Positions 17,511 to 30,549 of a DNA stretch of 64,000 nt are shown in pieces. Below the pieces are notes generated by a model that saw nothing but the letters and a program-made list of their open reading frames with translations, ran no database searches and had not been told where the DNA came from. The stretch comes from the human T2T-CHM13v2.0 reference genome, Homo sapiens. Each line of letters starts with the position of its first letter. The stretch's first letter is position 1. The stretch is taken from the NCBI RefSeq assembly GCF_009914755.1, contig NC_060936.1. The stretch is one strand, 5' to 3'. The translations under genes and the position numbers were made by a program.

Positions 17511-19510
17511 TGCACACGTGTTTGTGTTGCTATTTCACTCTCTTTCATTCATTTTTCCAAGTCCCTTCAACATCAACCTTATCACAGTTTTCTTTTTGTG
17601 GACCTGGGCATGTCGCTGAACCTGTCTGTGTCTCTGGAGCCATAAAATTGGGATAATAACCCTACTTTTTCTGCCCCCAAGATGTTGTGGAGTAACTTAG
17701 ATGTGGCTGCTTTCTTTGAAAAGACTAGAGAGTTGTACAAGTATCACAGGTTATTATGATCATTACCAGTTTCCAGGGCCCCTGAGATACCCATGCCAAA
17801 GTACCCCAAGGCTCTCTAATGAGCACATATGAACCCGTTCTACAGCTGGACAAGCTGACTCAGTCTGAGCTTTGGCAACATGACCCAGTGAACAGTAGAA
17901 CAAGTTGAAGACATCAAATGAGGCTCCTAGCCCTTGCTTGTGGACGCTGTTGTGTTTTGCATGTAAGTCAACATACTTTGGTGAAGGGAACAAAGGGAAG
18001 TGGGTCATAAAAGTTCAGGACCTTTGCTCCTGGAAGCTGTGAGCACTACTTCTTCCAGAAAGGTCCTTTGTTGCTTCTAGGCACTAATAGGATCAATTGA
18101 CCTCATGGTAGTCCAGGATTTGGGCTTGTAAGCTCCCCTTGGATCTGATAAAATATTGAGTCAAGGTCCTCTGCTGCCATCAGGGCACAGACAACGTCTG
18201 TTGCTTTAAATGCCGTATCCCTAGAGTTCTGCTCAGGGACCTGACACATAGTAGGTGCTCAATAAATGTTTGCTGAATAAGTAAGTGATTGAATAAATGA
18301 ATGAACAAAAGAGTAAATAAATTTCCCCGTGGGATTCCAGATAAACAGGATATGCTCTCTATGTCTCCTCTCCACACCCACAGCCAATGTTGACAGATTC
18401 CCATCCTGTGAGTCCAGATGCAGTCTCAATTCTTGCGGCAGCCACTTCCAATTATTTGTTCATCAACTATCAATCCAGGGCCTCAAAGGTGCAAGGCACT
18501 GTTCTAGATACTATGGAACATGGCATTGGATAAAAAGCCAGCTCTCTACCCTGTAGCTGCTTTTATTCCACAGATTTGGCAGAAGAAATGAAACTGATTT
18601 ACCACCCACAGTTGCCAGAGTAGGAGCCTTTTCAGAGATTCCTCCTCCCCAGGGATCAAGTATTGTTTTGCTTACACAACGGGAACATCATTCTCTGCTC
18701 ACATCCCATGCTTGATCAATTGCTAGGTCCTATACACACAGATCCTAAAATATTCCTAATATGTTTTGAATCTGGTCACCTCCTCTAATCACCCCTCCCT
18801 AGTCTGGAATAACATCGATACTTCCTGGGCAACCGCAGTGGCCCCACCCCTACCATCCTCCAACTTATTATTCATGCAATGGCCTTAGCTCAGCACCTGG
18901 CACACAGGGCTATCGATAAACGCTACTTAGTGTTTTTGTTTTTACAGCAGGGGATCAATACAAGGTAGCCCAATACTACAGTTTCTGCAATTATCACTGA
19001 GACAAAGTACATGGAGAGGCTGAAACACATAGACTCTGGAGTTAGACTTCCAGCACCCAAATATATCTTTGCCATTTACTCATTATGCATTTTTAACCTT
19101 AACCTCTCTGCGTCTCAGTTTCTTCATCCACAAAATAGAGATAAAAATGAGCTGGCTGCAAAGTGTATGCACATTAATATATGTAAAGGGGCTAGACCAG
19201 TTTGAGGCACATAGTAAACACTCTATAAGTGTTATCCATTCTTGATTTTTTTTTTAACATGGCAAAATGTAGAAGAGCGATTAGGTAGGATACTTAGCAC
19301 TCTTGTTTCTGTTTGTTAAGTAACAAATAAATTTGTTCAGCCATTTCGCATGTTTTGATTAATCACTCACACACAGAATATGTTGGGTACTCCTAGGTAT
19401 GATGGGCAAATTCTATGAGGACATGACTCCCAAATGCATTTCCCACCACGGGGGGAAGACAACACATACCCTGGAACGCTATCCCTTTTAATCACAGGAA
19501 AGACAAAATG

Positions 19511-19604
19511 GTAATGTTGCTTCACGCTTACCCTCAACAAGTAACGTTGCTTCACGCTTATCCCCGACGACAGGTAACGTTGCTTCACGCTTACCCCCCG
19601 ACAA
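19511..19604. repeat. CpG-rich minisatellite, 3 units of 30/33/31 bp
   Basis: Core gtaa(c/t)gttgcttcacgctta at 19511, 19541 and 19574. Confidence 0.95.
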
Positions 19605-20138
19605 GCCTGCCAAATATTTAAGCTTCCCCTTCCATTCACAAGCATCCATGCCCCTGACAATTCTCTGCCTGCTGATGATCTTCACCTGCGCCCACTGGTT
19701 GAACTTCCCCAAACCCCCACCTCCCCAAGCCCTCTTTTCTTCTCTTTCACTATTCCCAAATTCTCTGTCAGTCTCTGTTAATTTTCACTGAAGAAAAAAA
19801 AAGCTACTTCCTAAAATGTTCAAAAGTCTTTCCTCAGTTTGTTATTAAAGCAATTATCTAGCATAACAAACCGAAATCGCAAAAGGTATTCTAATGGGAA
19901 ACAAATGCTCCTGACAAGCAACGGACTGGGCTCAGAATCTTTATTGAAAAATGAGGGGAAGGTGATTAGTGGGGAAAGGCAGGGGAGGAAAGATTTTCCA
20001 CCTGGCCTTGGACAGTACATCAAAAGGCGGTCAGAAGGATGCTATTTATAATCATTATTGCTATGTCTTACAGGGCTGTTGGTCTGCCCCCCCTGCTGAT
20101 TCCCCCGACAGTCCCGTTTCGGCATGTAGCCTAGTTCA

Positions 20139-20507
<369 letters not shown>

Positions 20508-21014
20508 AAGAAAACTTGCATGGTTTGAGGTCCATGTGCCACAGCGAGATGGGTTCCCAAGTGTCTTCATTCCATCCCTAACATCTTTCCAACCTCACCT
20601 CAACCTTCTAATGGGTCATGGCCAATAGCAAAATCCAACACCTAGAACAGCTGCTGAACTTCCCAGATGCCCAGTGAAGTTCTGATTTTCTGTGGGTATG
20701 GACTGGAATAGTGTGAATATCACAGGAAACAAGGCTAGGGGAAAACACATTCATTCCACAAACATTTATCAGGCATGTATGATGTGTATATGGGTGGAAA
20801 TAAAAGAGCTTTCTTCAAGTGTTGACACCAGTATGGAAGATAGGTTTAATTTTGATCCAACTCCCATTGATTGGTCACTGCGACCTGAAACCATGACTTG
20901 AGAATATTCTGCTCTCAGAAGGAAGTGATTCTCTGGTTGATTATTGATGCCTGTCACAGGCACAATACCGAGAAATGGGAGCACACTGCCTATTTGACAA
21001 AGCTTTTTAGTGCC

Positions 21015-21165
21015 GCTTTTCTCAAACTGGAATGTGCATGCTAATTAACTGGGATCTTGTTAAATTACAGATTCTAAAATAGCAGGTCTGGGGTAGGGCC
21101 TGAGATTTAGTATTTCTAGCAAGATCCCAGGAGGTGCTGATGCTGCTGGGCCAAGGAACTGTCCA
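21015..21165. mobile_element. MER5A
   Basis: ttctcaaactggaatgtgcat...caggtctggggtagggcctgag...gctgatgctgctgg. Confidence 0.75.
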
Positions 21166-22084
21166 GTAGGACCTATCAATAAAGTCATCACATTCTCAGA
21201 TCTGTCATTCACATGGTCAGATAACTTTATCTAAATCTTTGCACTGAAGAACAAGGAATTCCAGAGTACATTCTGAAAGGACGATTCAAGATCTGGTCTC
21301 TGAGTTTTCCAAAATCAAAGGCGGTGGTCCAGTCAGCTCAGACTTGGAACAGGTGTTTCCATGGATTGTCTGGGAGCAAATGAAGGCTCCCAGAGGGTTT
21401 CAGGCTTGGCTCAGAACTCCATCCAGAAGTTCAGATGTTTCTCCAAATCAACTCCAAGGCATCTGTCTGTCTCTGGGGGCCTCCTAGGAACTCTGTCTAA
21501 AGCTCCAGAAGACCGCATTCCTGGTGAACCTTCAGGCAGCACCACCTCCTTCTTGGCTGAACAGATGATCACTTCAAAGTTCTCCTTTCTTGTGGTATTT
21601 TAGTACCTCTGGCCTTGGCCAGAAACCATCAACCCAGAGGCGTATAAAAGTGAAAAAGAAGAGAAGAGAGAAAACATCATTTATCAACTCCCCTACTCAC
21701 ACCTAAATATTGTCAAAGAGTTTTGTTTGGACCAAGTTTGAGTTAGGGTGAAGATCCAATGAGACCTTACAGAGTTTGTTAACTCTTGTTCTATTTCCCC
21801 ACTTATATCCTCTTATACCAGAAGGAGCAAAAATCACCCACCAAATAGATGGTGTCATATTTACAATCTTCCAGCTGCTCAAAGAACATCTTCTAGCCAT
21901 GCAGTGAGAGGGGTGACACAATGCACAGGAGACCTATGCTTGGTGGACAGACATACCTCTCCTGAGCAAGGTTGTGTAGAAAAGAGTTAAAGAGCAGATG
22001 GGTTGGAAATCACATTTTGGTTTTGAGATCCCAGTTTCACCACTGAAGTACTCCATCTCATACTCTCTCCTGCTCATGGACTAT

Positions 22085-22530
22085 AGTCAAGCTGTACTGT
22101 CCATGTTTCTGTTCCTCTAAGGTTGTTCCCACCCCACTGTCTTTGCACCTGCTATTCCTTCCATTTAGAATGATCTTCCACAAATCTTTAAACGGTTGCC
22201 TCCCGTGACTTGAGTTGCACCTCATCTACCACCTCTACAGAGAGGTCTTAACTGATCATACCGGCTAAAGGAGTCCACACCACCTCTGGCCATTTTTAAG
22301 CACATTGCCCTAATTAATTTATTACATAGCTCTACTCTCTGTCTGAATTTGAATGACAGTTTTTAAAATTTGTTTATATGTTAATTGTCTGTATTTTCCT
22401 CTAGAATATAAGCTCCATGAGGGTAGGAATTTGTCTTCTGTTTGCTGGGGTATTTTTATACATCTTGAAGAATTCCTGACACATAGAATGTACTCAATAT
22501 ATATTTATTATTGCTATTGAATAAATGATC
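22085..22530 (+). mobile_element. L2 3' end
   Basis: ctttgcacctgctattcc...ctagaatataagctccatgagggtagg...tactcaatatatattt. Confidence 0.75.
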
Positions 22531-22979
22531 TCCCTGGCTAGAGTGATTGGTTTAGGGCTGATCATGTGATTTCACCAGGGTGATGTGATTTTGGCAGGGC
22601 CAAAGCTTTTCGGGCTTTTTCTCTTGAGTTAATGGAAAGAGAAGTCACTTTCCACTGGCCACACTAGAGGACTGTGGGTGTTGAGCTAACAGAAGACATT
22701 TCACCTACTGGGTGAAGAAAGCCTGCCCAAGAGATGGCTTGAGCCCTGACCACAAAATGTAGATGATGTCTGCAACTAGAAATGTCTACCTTTGGCATCT
22801 TCAGCTACAGTGACTCTGTATCCACCATTTCCTCCTCCCCCTATTCAACAGCAATGCAGAAAGCTTAAGTTGCACTGGGTGTCTGTCATTCACAATTGAT
22901 GCAGTCTAAGCAATCCATGTGGGATTGTGGCTAGATCTACATTAGGTCCTGCTTCTACCACTTCCTAGCTAGAGGACGC

Positions 22980-23433
22980 TGTAGCAGGTTGAATGCTAGT
23001 TCCCCCGAAACATGTTCACCATGTAACATTTGGAAAAAGGCCCTTTTTAGATATAATTACAGATCTCGACAGGAGATCATTCTCAATCATCCAGGTAGGC
23101 CCTACATCCAATGATAGTGTCTTTATAGGAGAAATACAAAGGCAAATTGGAGAGACACAGAAGAGAAGGCCATGTGAAGACAGTGGCAGAGATTGGCGTG
23201 ACACAGATACAAGTCAAAGAATATCTGGAGGCTCAGAAGTTGGAAGTGGCAAGGAATGGCTTCTCTCCTGGAGGTTTTGGGGGATGTGAAGTTCTTCTGA
23301 CACCTTGATTTTGGCCCAGTGATACTTATTCCAGACTTCTTGCCTCTAGAACTGTGAGAAAACACATCATTTTTGTTGTTTTAAGCCACCAAGCTTGTAG
23401 TAAATTGGTACAGCAGCCACAGAAAACTAATAC
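22980..23433 (+). mobile_element. MaLR solo LTR (MLT1B/C-like)
   Basis: tgtagcaggttgaat...ggccatgtgaagac...cagacttcttgcctctagaactgtgaga...cagcagccacagaaaactaataca. Confidence 0.85.
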
Positions 23434-24734
23434 AGATCCCCAAACTCTCTCCTATTTCAATTTCCTTTTCAGGAAAAACAAAACACTGATTTCTCCCAGT
23501 TTTCATCAAAGAAGGAATCAAATGGAAATAAAATTAACCTGGGCCCAAATCACAGCTCTGTTCCTCACTAGCTGTGTGACCTCCGGCAGCTCTTGTTTTC
23601 TGAGTCATGGTTTTATAATTTGTGAAATGGGTGCATTCATAACCCTCTCCCCATAAAATCTGCAGAAAGGATTAAATGCAGTAATGCCTGTAAACTTTTC
23701 TGTGCAGTGCCTAGCACATCATAGATACTCACTGGATTACCAGACTATTCTGGTCATTATATACTTTCATATACGTGCATTTGCTTTGTATCATAGGGGA
23801 GTCACTCTAAAAGAAAGTCTTGAACTATTATTTCAGGAAACTTTGAAATGTCTGTGAACAGGATGTTGACATTTTTAGATCAGTGATTTTCAAATGTCGT
23901 AGTTAGTTGCTGATAAATTATTCTGAAAGATAGTTAAATACAGAGATCACTGGATTCCTTCAGACGCTTCTTAATTGGGAATTCAAGAAGTAGGGCTGTG
24001 AACCTGGATTTTAAACAAGCAGAGCGACATGTGGAAGCCATTCTTTTTAGATTATAATTCCTATTATTATTACTTTGAAAGCAGTTGCTGAAAATGTGCC
24101 AGACACAACCTACCCCAGTGAGTGCTGTCCGAGAAGCTGGACCCTGGTCTCCTCTCTCACTCCAAGCCTCTGCAGCCAAGCATACTGTGCACTGGAGGGT
24201 TCAGCTGGACAGAGCCTCTCCCCAAGGTGGTTCCCACTGGGACTATATTCAGGGAGTCAGCGAGAGTTTTCTCCAACTCCCACAGACCTTGTGATGTGGT
24301 GTTCCCTGTCGGGTGAGACAGAGGGAACATATGTGAGGAACACATATCATAAACAATGGAATCCATAAATCTTGGGCACGTTGTCTGGTTCCTTAATTCC
24401 AGTTGCAGAACAACAGTCAGGACCAGGAATTGCAGGCAGATCTGCAGGCTGCCCCAGTCTGCCTTCTGAAGGCCAGTTGCTGCAGAGAGAAGCTCATGTT
24501 GGCAAAAGCTTTTTATCTATCTGTGATTTATCACCCTACCTTTTTTTTTAATGGAAGATGCAAAAACTAAATAACTTAAAAGACAGTCTCTAACATTCTT
24601 GCCTGTAGCCTTAGGAAGCATAGGCCTTAAGTGATGCTCAGCAAGTTTGTGAAAACCCCAACTGTTTCCCGAGACAAACTTCTTTTGTTTTTTTTTTTGT
24701 TTGTTTGTTTTTTGGTGATGAGACATCCATTTCA

Positions 24735-25390
24735 TGGTTTTTTGTTTTTTAATTTCGGTAGTTTTTTGGGGTACAGGTGGTTTTTGGTTACATGGATAAG
24801 TTCTTTAGTAGTGATTTCTGAGACTTTAGGACACCCATCACTGAAGCAGTGTACACTGCACCCAGTAGGTAGTCTTTTATCCTTCACCCCCTCCCAAACT
24901 TCTCCCCTGAGTCCTCAAAGTCTATTATATCACTCTTATGCCTTTGTGTCCTCATAGCTTAGCTCCCACTTATAAGAGAATACACTATATTTGATTTTCC
25001 ATTCCTGTGTTACTTCACTTACAATAACAGCCTCCAGCTTCATCCAAGTTGCTATAAAAGACATTATTTCGTTGCTTTTTATGGCTGAATAGTATTCCAT
25101 GGTGTACATATACCACATTTTCTTAATCCACTCGTTGATTGATGGGCACTTAGCGTGGTTCCATATCTGTGCAATTGCAAATTGTGCTGCTATTAACATG
25201 TGTGTGCATGTGCCCTCTTTATGTAATGACTTCTTTTCCTTTGGATAAATACCCAGTAGTTGATTGCTGGATCAAATGGTAGTTCTACTTTCATTTCTTT
25301 AAGGAGTCTCCATACTGTTTTCCATAGTGACTGTACTAATTTACATTCCCACCTGCAGTGTAAAAGTGTTCCCTGTTCACCACATGCATG
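24735..25390 (-). mobile_element. L1PB-type 3' end
   Basis: ggggtacaggtggtttttggttacatggataagttctttagtagtgatttctgag; antisense ORF2 C-terminus. Confidence 0.85.
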
Positions 25391-27336
25391 CAAGGCAAAC
25401 TGTTTGGAAGGAAAGCTGTTCCCTGAGTTCAGATTCTGCTTCTATGTTATCTGCATTTACTTGTTTTCTGGCATTCACAGAGCTAAGAATACAGTAAAGT
25501 ATTTCCAGCACCTACATCTCTACCTAATTAAAAAAAAAAAAAAAGCAAAGAAACACTGAGACAATGCTTTGTTTCAGGAACAAAAGAAAGTTTGTATACC
25601 CTTAGCCTGCATCATTCATTTGTATGCCAGATCTCTGAAAGGAGTTTGTAAAACCTGTTCGACTGAGCTCCTGGTACTGGAGGCCTGCAGACTGGGAGAA
25701 AGGACTGGATTCCAACCCCAATCTCGGGACTAGATTCAGTGTGTGGGTTCTGGTGCTGACTGGCTGACTTGAATCCTGGTTCCCTCACTTCCTGAGTAAC
25801 TGCACCTCAGTTATGTAATCTGTAAAATGGGCACACCTACCCTTACCTCTCACTTAGGGTGGCTGTGGGAGTTGAAAAGGGCTAGTTGAGCATGCAATAA
25901 GTTCTACAGATATGAGCTAGTAGCACTATCTTGGGAAGTTTTCCTAATTTCTCTAGGAAGGCTAGACATGCGGCTAATTCTTCCTGACTCAGAGGAGTGT
26001 GGTACGGTACTGATGAGACAGCACCTCTTCTGTGTGTAGCGTAGAGCCTGGAACACTTAGGTACTGAACCGAAGTCGGGTGTGTGTTTTCCCATGAATGG
26101 GCAGAAGTGGAGCTTGCAAACGCTTTTTTGCAAGAAGTAGCAGTTATCACTGAGTTGCTAATGACTTAAAGAGAAAAGAATCCCCATTACTGAATAGAGA
26201 GACATTACACCCAATAACCAATGAGTCAGGGTACGGCATGGGTGTGATGATTGGGGGACTACATGAGAGAATAAACTCTACAGCGAACCCAACAACCCAG
26301 AGCCTCAGGCCACACTTTTCCATGCCGGGGTGCTGTCTTCTCAGGCTGCAGACACACAATAAGATGCTGTTCTCACAGTGCCAGATCACAATCTTTGCTG
26401 GGAGGGTCTGTTAGCACCATGAACTTGTTCTGTTCTAACAGCCTGTGCTCACCCTTGTCTAGTGATGATTTAATGCTTTAAGCCTCTGAGATCAGGGCCA
26501 AAAATAAAATGGTGGGGAAATCAGACACAGCGCTAGATACCAGCAATATATTTAGGGAACAGGAGCATTTGTTCTGCCCATTTTCAAGTTTCCATTTTCT
26601 TTTCTTTATGACCTTCTGGCACGTGGTTGAGACATGGAAGCTTCCAGTAGATTACAGGGTGGAATAAAGGTGTTTCCATAAGTAACACTGCAAATATAAT
26701 TCATTTTACTATTGATCACTGGGAAGATGGCAGTGAACAGAACAGACAAAACATCCCTGCCCTCTTGAAGCTGGCATTCCAGTGGGGTGGAGGGTTTGGG
26801 CCAAAGAATGACAGAAGATGAAAGGGCATTTGTCCTCTCCATGTTTTTCTCTAATAAGAGGCCCTAGGCGAAGTTCTGCTGATGATTGTGTAAACTGAGC
26901 CTCTTGCACAATCCTAGTGCAAATCACACTGTGGACGATGTCAGTGGCCCTCCCTAGAGTCATCCATCACCTAACCTGTTTGACCATAAGCTGCAGTCCT
27001 GAAGATACAGGGCAGGAGCTAGTGTTGGGTTACATTGAGATGAATACCCAATGCCTCAAATGAGAAACGAAAACATACATAGAACAAAAGGTGCTACCGG
27101 TGGGCCCTGCTCTTCTGCTTGCATTCGTCTGAATATCTAACAACAACTGCAGCATCCATCATCTACCGGGAAGCGACAGTGTATCAGAGCCTGTGTCAGG
27201 TCACACAGATAACAGGAATTGGGAATCAAGTCATCATGATTAAGCAATTAAAGAGACTCTCTTATTAAACAAAGACCATGGCTAAATATTGAAATTGGGA
27301 AAAGGGCTTTTCTTCTCACGGCCTTTGGTTCTACGA

Positions 27337-27465
27337 TTTTTTTTTTTTTAGAGAGATGGGGTCTCATTATGTTAACCAGGCTGGACTCAAACTCCTGGCC
27401 TCAAGCCTTCCTCCCACCTGAGCCTCCAGAGTAGGTGGGACTACAGGTGTGTGCCACTATGCCTG
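27337..27465 (-). mobile_element. FLAM (Alu left monomer)
   Basis: Poly(T), then gagatggggtctcattatgtt...ctacaggtgtgtgccactatgcc; single monomer. Confidence 0.8.
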
Positions 27466-27867
27466 TCTTAGTCCTACTATTAACTCTCCTAGAAACACTA
27501 GTTTCCACCCTAACTCCTCTCGCTTTCTCCTTCCCTCCTCTCTCTCTCTCTCAAATTCTCCCCATACTCAAACCTACCTCATATGCTGTTTCCAACATGA
27601 AACAAAAGCCCCAATGATGCACAAAACAAAGCCTTGTGAATGTCACTCATCCTTGGATTTTTGTAACATCCTCTGCTGGCACCTGACACCCAGTGGAGGC
27701 TCAACGACTCTTTTTAGTTTGAAAGAATAACAAGCAGAGAACTTTTTTGGAGCATGTCTTATTCAATTATGTATTTTTTTTTAAAACCCATGACTTTGAA
27801 TTATGATTCTAGATACTGATATTTATATTTTTTAAGCCCCAAGTTTTTTGTATCATTAGAACAAAGT

Positions 27868-28285
27868 TTAGTTGTAACAGAGTCTCAAACTAACAGCAGC
27901 ATACCCCCAGTAGAAGTGTCCTGCTCTCTCATATATAAATCTGAAGGGAAGAAGTCTAGAGCTAATGGGAGGCTTTTGCAGGTCAAGTCCCCAGAGGCCA
28001 AGGCTCCTTCCAGATTTTGGCCCTGCCTTCCTTAGGATGTGGCCCAGGTTCATGTAATCCAAGTCGACTGCCAGGACTGTCATCATGCTATTCACCTTCC
28101 AACCAGCAGGAAGGAGAAAGGAACAACAAATGAAAACAAACAAATAAATAAACAAGGGTCTGAGCTAGCTGTCTTTTTAGGAAAGATATTATAATGTACT
28201 GGCCAAAGCTTAGATATATGGCCAAATCTAGTGACAAGGGAGGCTGTAGTCTTTATTCTCAGGGACTGTATGTCCAACTCAAATG
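27868..28285 (-). mobile_element. Old MLT1 (J/K-like) LTR
   Basis: gttgtaacagag...ttccaaccagcaggaaggag...tggccaaagcttag...aagggaggctg. Confidence 0.55.
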
Positions 28286-28386
28286 ATGTATATGTGCTTT
28301 TTTTGGTTGCTATTCTAATTCTTCCTTCTCCGAAATGAGGAAGCTAGTCTGGCTAGGAACTTGCCATGAGGGTATAGCAGCAGGAA

Positions 28387-28438
28387 CCCTCATTTATATC
28401 CCAAACCAAGCCCTCATTTATATCCCAAACCTAGCCCT
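28387..28438. repeat. 24-bp tandem duplication
   Basis: ccctcatttatatcccaaacc(a/t)ag x2. Confidence 0.9.
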
Positions 28439-30245
28439 GCTAGAAAGCTCAGCATTTGGTGCCATTGAATGTTGGCTAGGTTATTCATTCATATCCGTTA
28501 TTAATAAAGCAGTGGCCTGCTTCCTGCTTGGCGGGTATTCCTTATGTGAAAATCTCCCTCTGTTAGGACCCTTTTAGGGAGAAGAGGTGAATGGCAAAGC
28601 ACTGTGATCTCAAGCTTTGCACCATTAGCCCATAATTGAAACCTCATCCCCACCTCTAATAGGCCCTACATTGTGTAATGCGCTATGTAGAGCTGCTGTC
28701 ATTCATTCATCACAAAATCCACATGTGATTTTTGTTATCCCCACATTACAGAAGAGGAAGCAGAGATGCTGAAGGTAGACTATCTTTCTCAAGCTCACTG
28801 TGCTCTCTCAGAAGAGGCAGAACACAGGCTCCAAAGCCAGTCTCTTGACTTCAGCCACTAATTTAACTCCAGCTACATTTTATCCCCTCTTCTCTCATTT
28901 TTCCCTTGTTTTAACTTCTTCATGAAATTACATATTTTATTTTTGCATTTCGTTTAATCTCACTTTATTGTTCTTGTTTTTATTGTTATTTTTATAATCC
29001 CACTAAATTCTTACCAGAACAATGAAAAACATGAATTGTCCCATATCATTGTGGATGCCCATGTCTTCCCCACTGAACTCTGAGTTCTCTGAATTCCGTG
29101 ACTGGGCCTTTCTTTCTGCAACCTCGGTACCTCCTCCCAGCCTTGGCACATGGTTGGCTCTCAGTCCATACTGGAAAAAAGGATGCAGTTCCACCTCCAC
29201 CTCCTTCTCCAGACCTAGCCAGCAAGTTGGAATTCCAGTCCCTGGTGGGACAGTCATTGGTTTTTTGAGCAATCTCTGGCTGGTTGAGGATGGGTTTTCT
29301 TTGATCTGTCTGGGTGATCTCTGGGGACTAATGAAGCCAAGCTGGGCCAGCAGATTTGGTCAGCATCTGGGACCATGGTTCCATGTGGTAATTGGAACAT
29401 GACTCCAAAGGAACTGTGTCCATCATGCCTGGACCTATTATTTCATTATGGTGACTGAGCTTCCGGAATATTGCAACCCCTGTCTTACCACACCATGTCT
29501 TTCTGTGGGAGAGTCTTTCATCATTGTTTCCCATGGTGTCCAGTCTGAGTATCTCAAAATAACTTGCCTTTATTGGCTGTTGTTCAATAAGTTAATCTGT
29601 ACTCATTCATTTGATCTTGGCAATAACCCCTTGAGCTAGAAACTAATATTATCTGCCTGTTATGGATGAGAAGACCAACACATGTAATGAGGGCAGTTAG
29701 CTTTCTCAAGGGCACACACTGGCAGAGCTGGGGCTCAAATTCCAGTGTTTCAGCCCCAGAACCCGGACTCTTAACCACTCCATTATATGGAGGCAACCAA
29801 AACATGGTAGCCACACAGGTGTAGAGCATACTGTCATGCTCAGCATGCTTCCTCGCAATGTAGCATTGACCATATGGGAGGCACAAATTACCAACATGTG
29901 GGCCTTTCTTGACCAGTGTCGTGCTACTCTGAAATGATAGAAGATATGAAGTTGGTTGTCAACTGTAGTGTTTTGACTTACACACACTTAGGTCTGGTTT
30001 TTAGCTCTGTAACTGGGTGAGGCAGCATCTTTCAAGCTATCTGTCCACCTTCTAATGCCACCTTAACTGAGTTCTTCACCCACAGTGATCAATCCCCCCG
30101 AGGCCGTATTATATCATATGACCCCATCCACCTGCAGCCTCTGATATGTGACTAGGATTAAACACTTGACAGAAGCTAAGCCAATAGAAATTTTGTGCCC
30201 AGGATTCTGAGAGGGAGAGTTGCTCTATTTATCTATTTAGATGTC

Positions 30246-30549
30246 TTTTTTTTTTTTTTTTTTTTTTGAGACAGGGTCTTGCTCTGTCACACAAGCTGGA
30301 GTGCAGCGACGTAATCATAGCTCATAGCAGCCTCAAACTTCTGAGCTCAAGGGATCTTCCTGCCTCAGCCCCCTGAAGAGCTGGGACCACAGGTATGAAC
30401 CATAATGTCCACCTAATCTTGTTACTATTTATAGTGACAGGATCTTGCTATGTTGCCCAGGCTGAACCTAAACTCCTGGGCTCAAGTGATCCTTCTGCCT
30501 CACCCTCTCAAGATGCTGGGATTACAGGCATGAGCCACTGTGTCTGGCC
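30246..30549 (-). mobile_element. Alu (AluJ-like)
   Basis: Poly(T) plus diverged dimer. Confidence 0.9.

Noticed and set aside
19511-19604. CRISPR-like repeat/spacer pattern and KREATL x3 peptides
   Set aside because: Linkers are only 10-13 bp and related to each other, there are no cas genes and the DNA is primate. The peptides are just the translated minisatellite.
20085-20099. CTCF-like motif (minus strand tcagcagggggggc)
   Set aside because: Mismatch at a conserved C of the core; not supportable without ChIP data.
21310-21680. Exon-like segment with an 80-aa ORF and TATAAAAG at ~21643
   Set aside because: The minus-strand pyrimidine tract lacks an adjacent AG, there is no protein similarity, and the TATA word has no supporting context.
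26113-26134. cttgcaaa...tttgcaag hairpin, terminator-like
   Set aside because: An 8-bp stem is expected by chance, and intrinsic terminators are irrelevant in this genome.
29022-29402. 126-aa ATG-initiated ORF in unique DNA
   Set aside because: No recognisable domain or supporting gene structure; ORFs of this size arise by chance in 64 kb.
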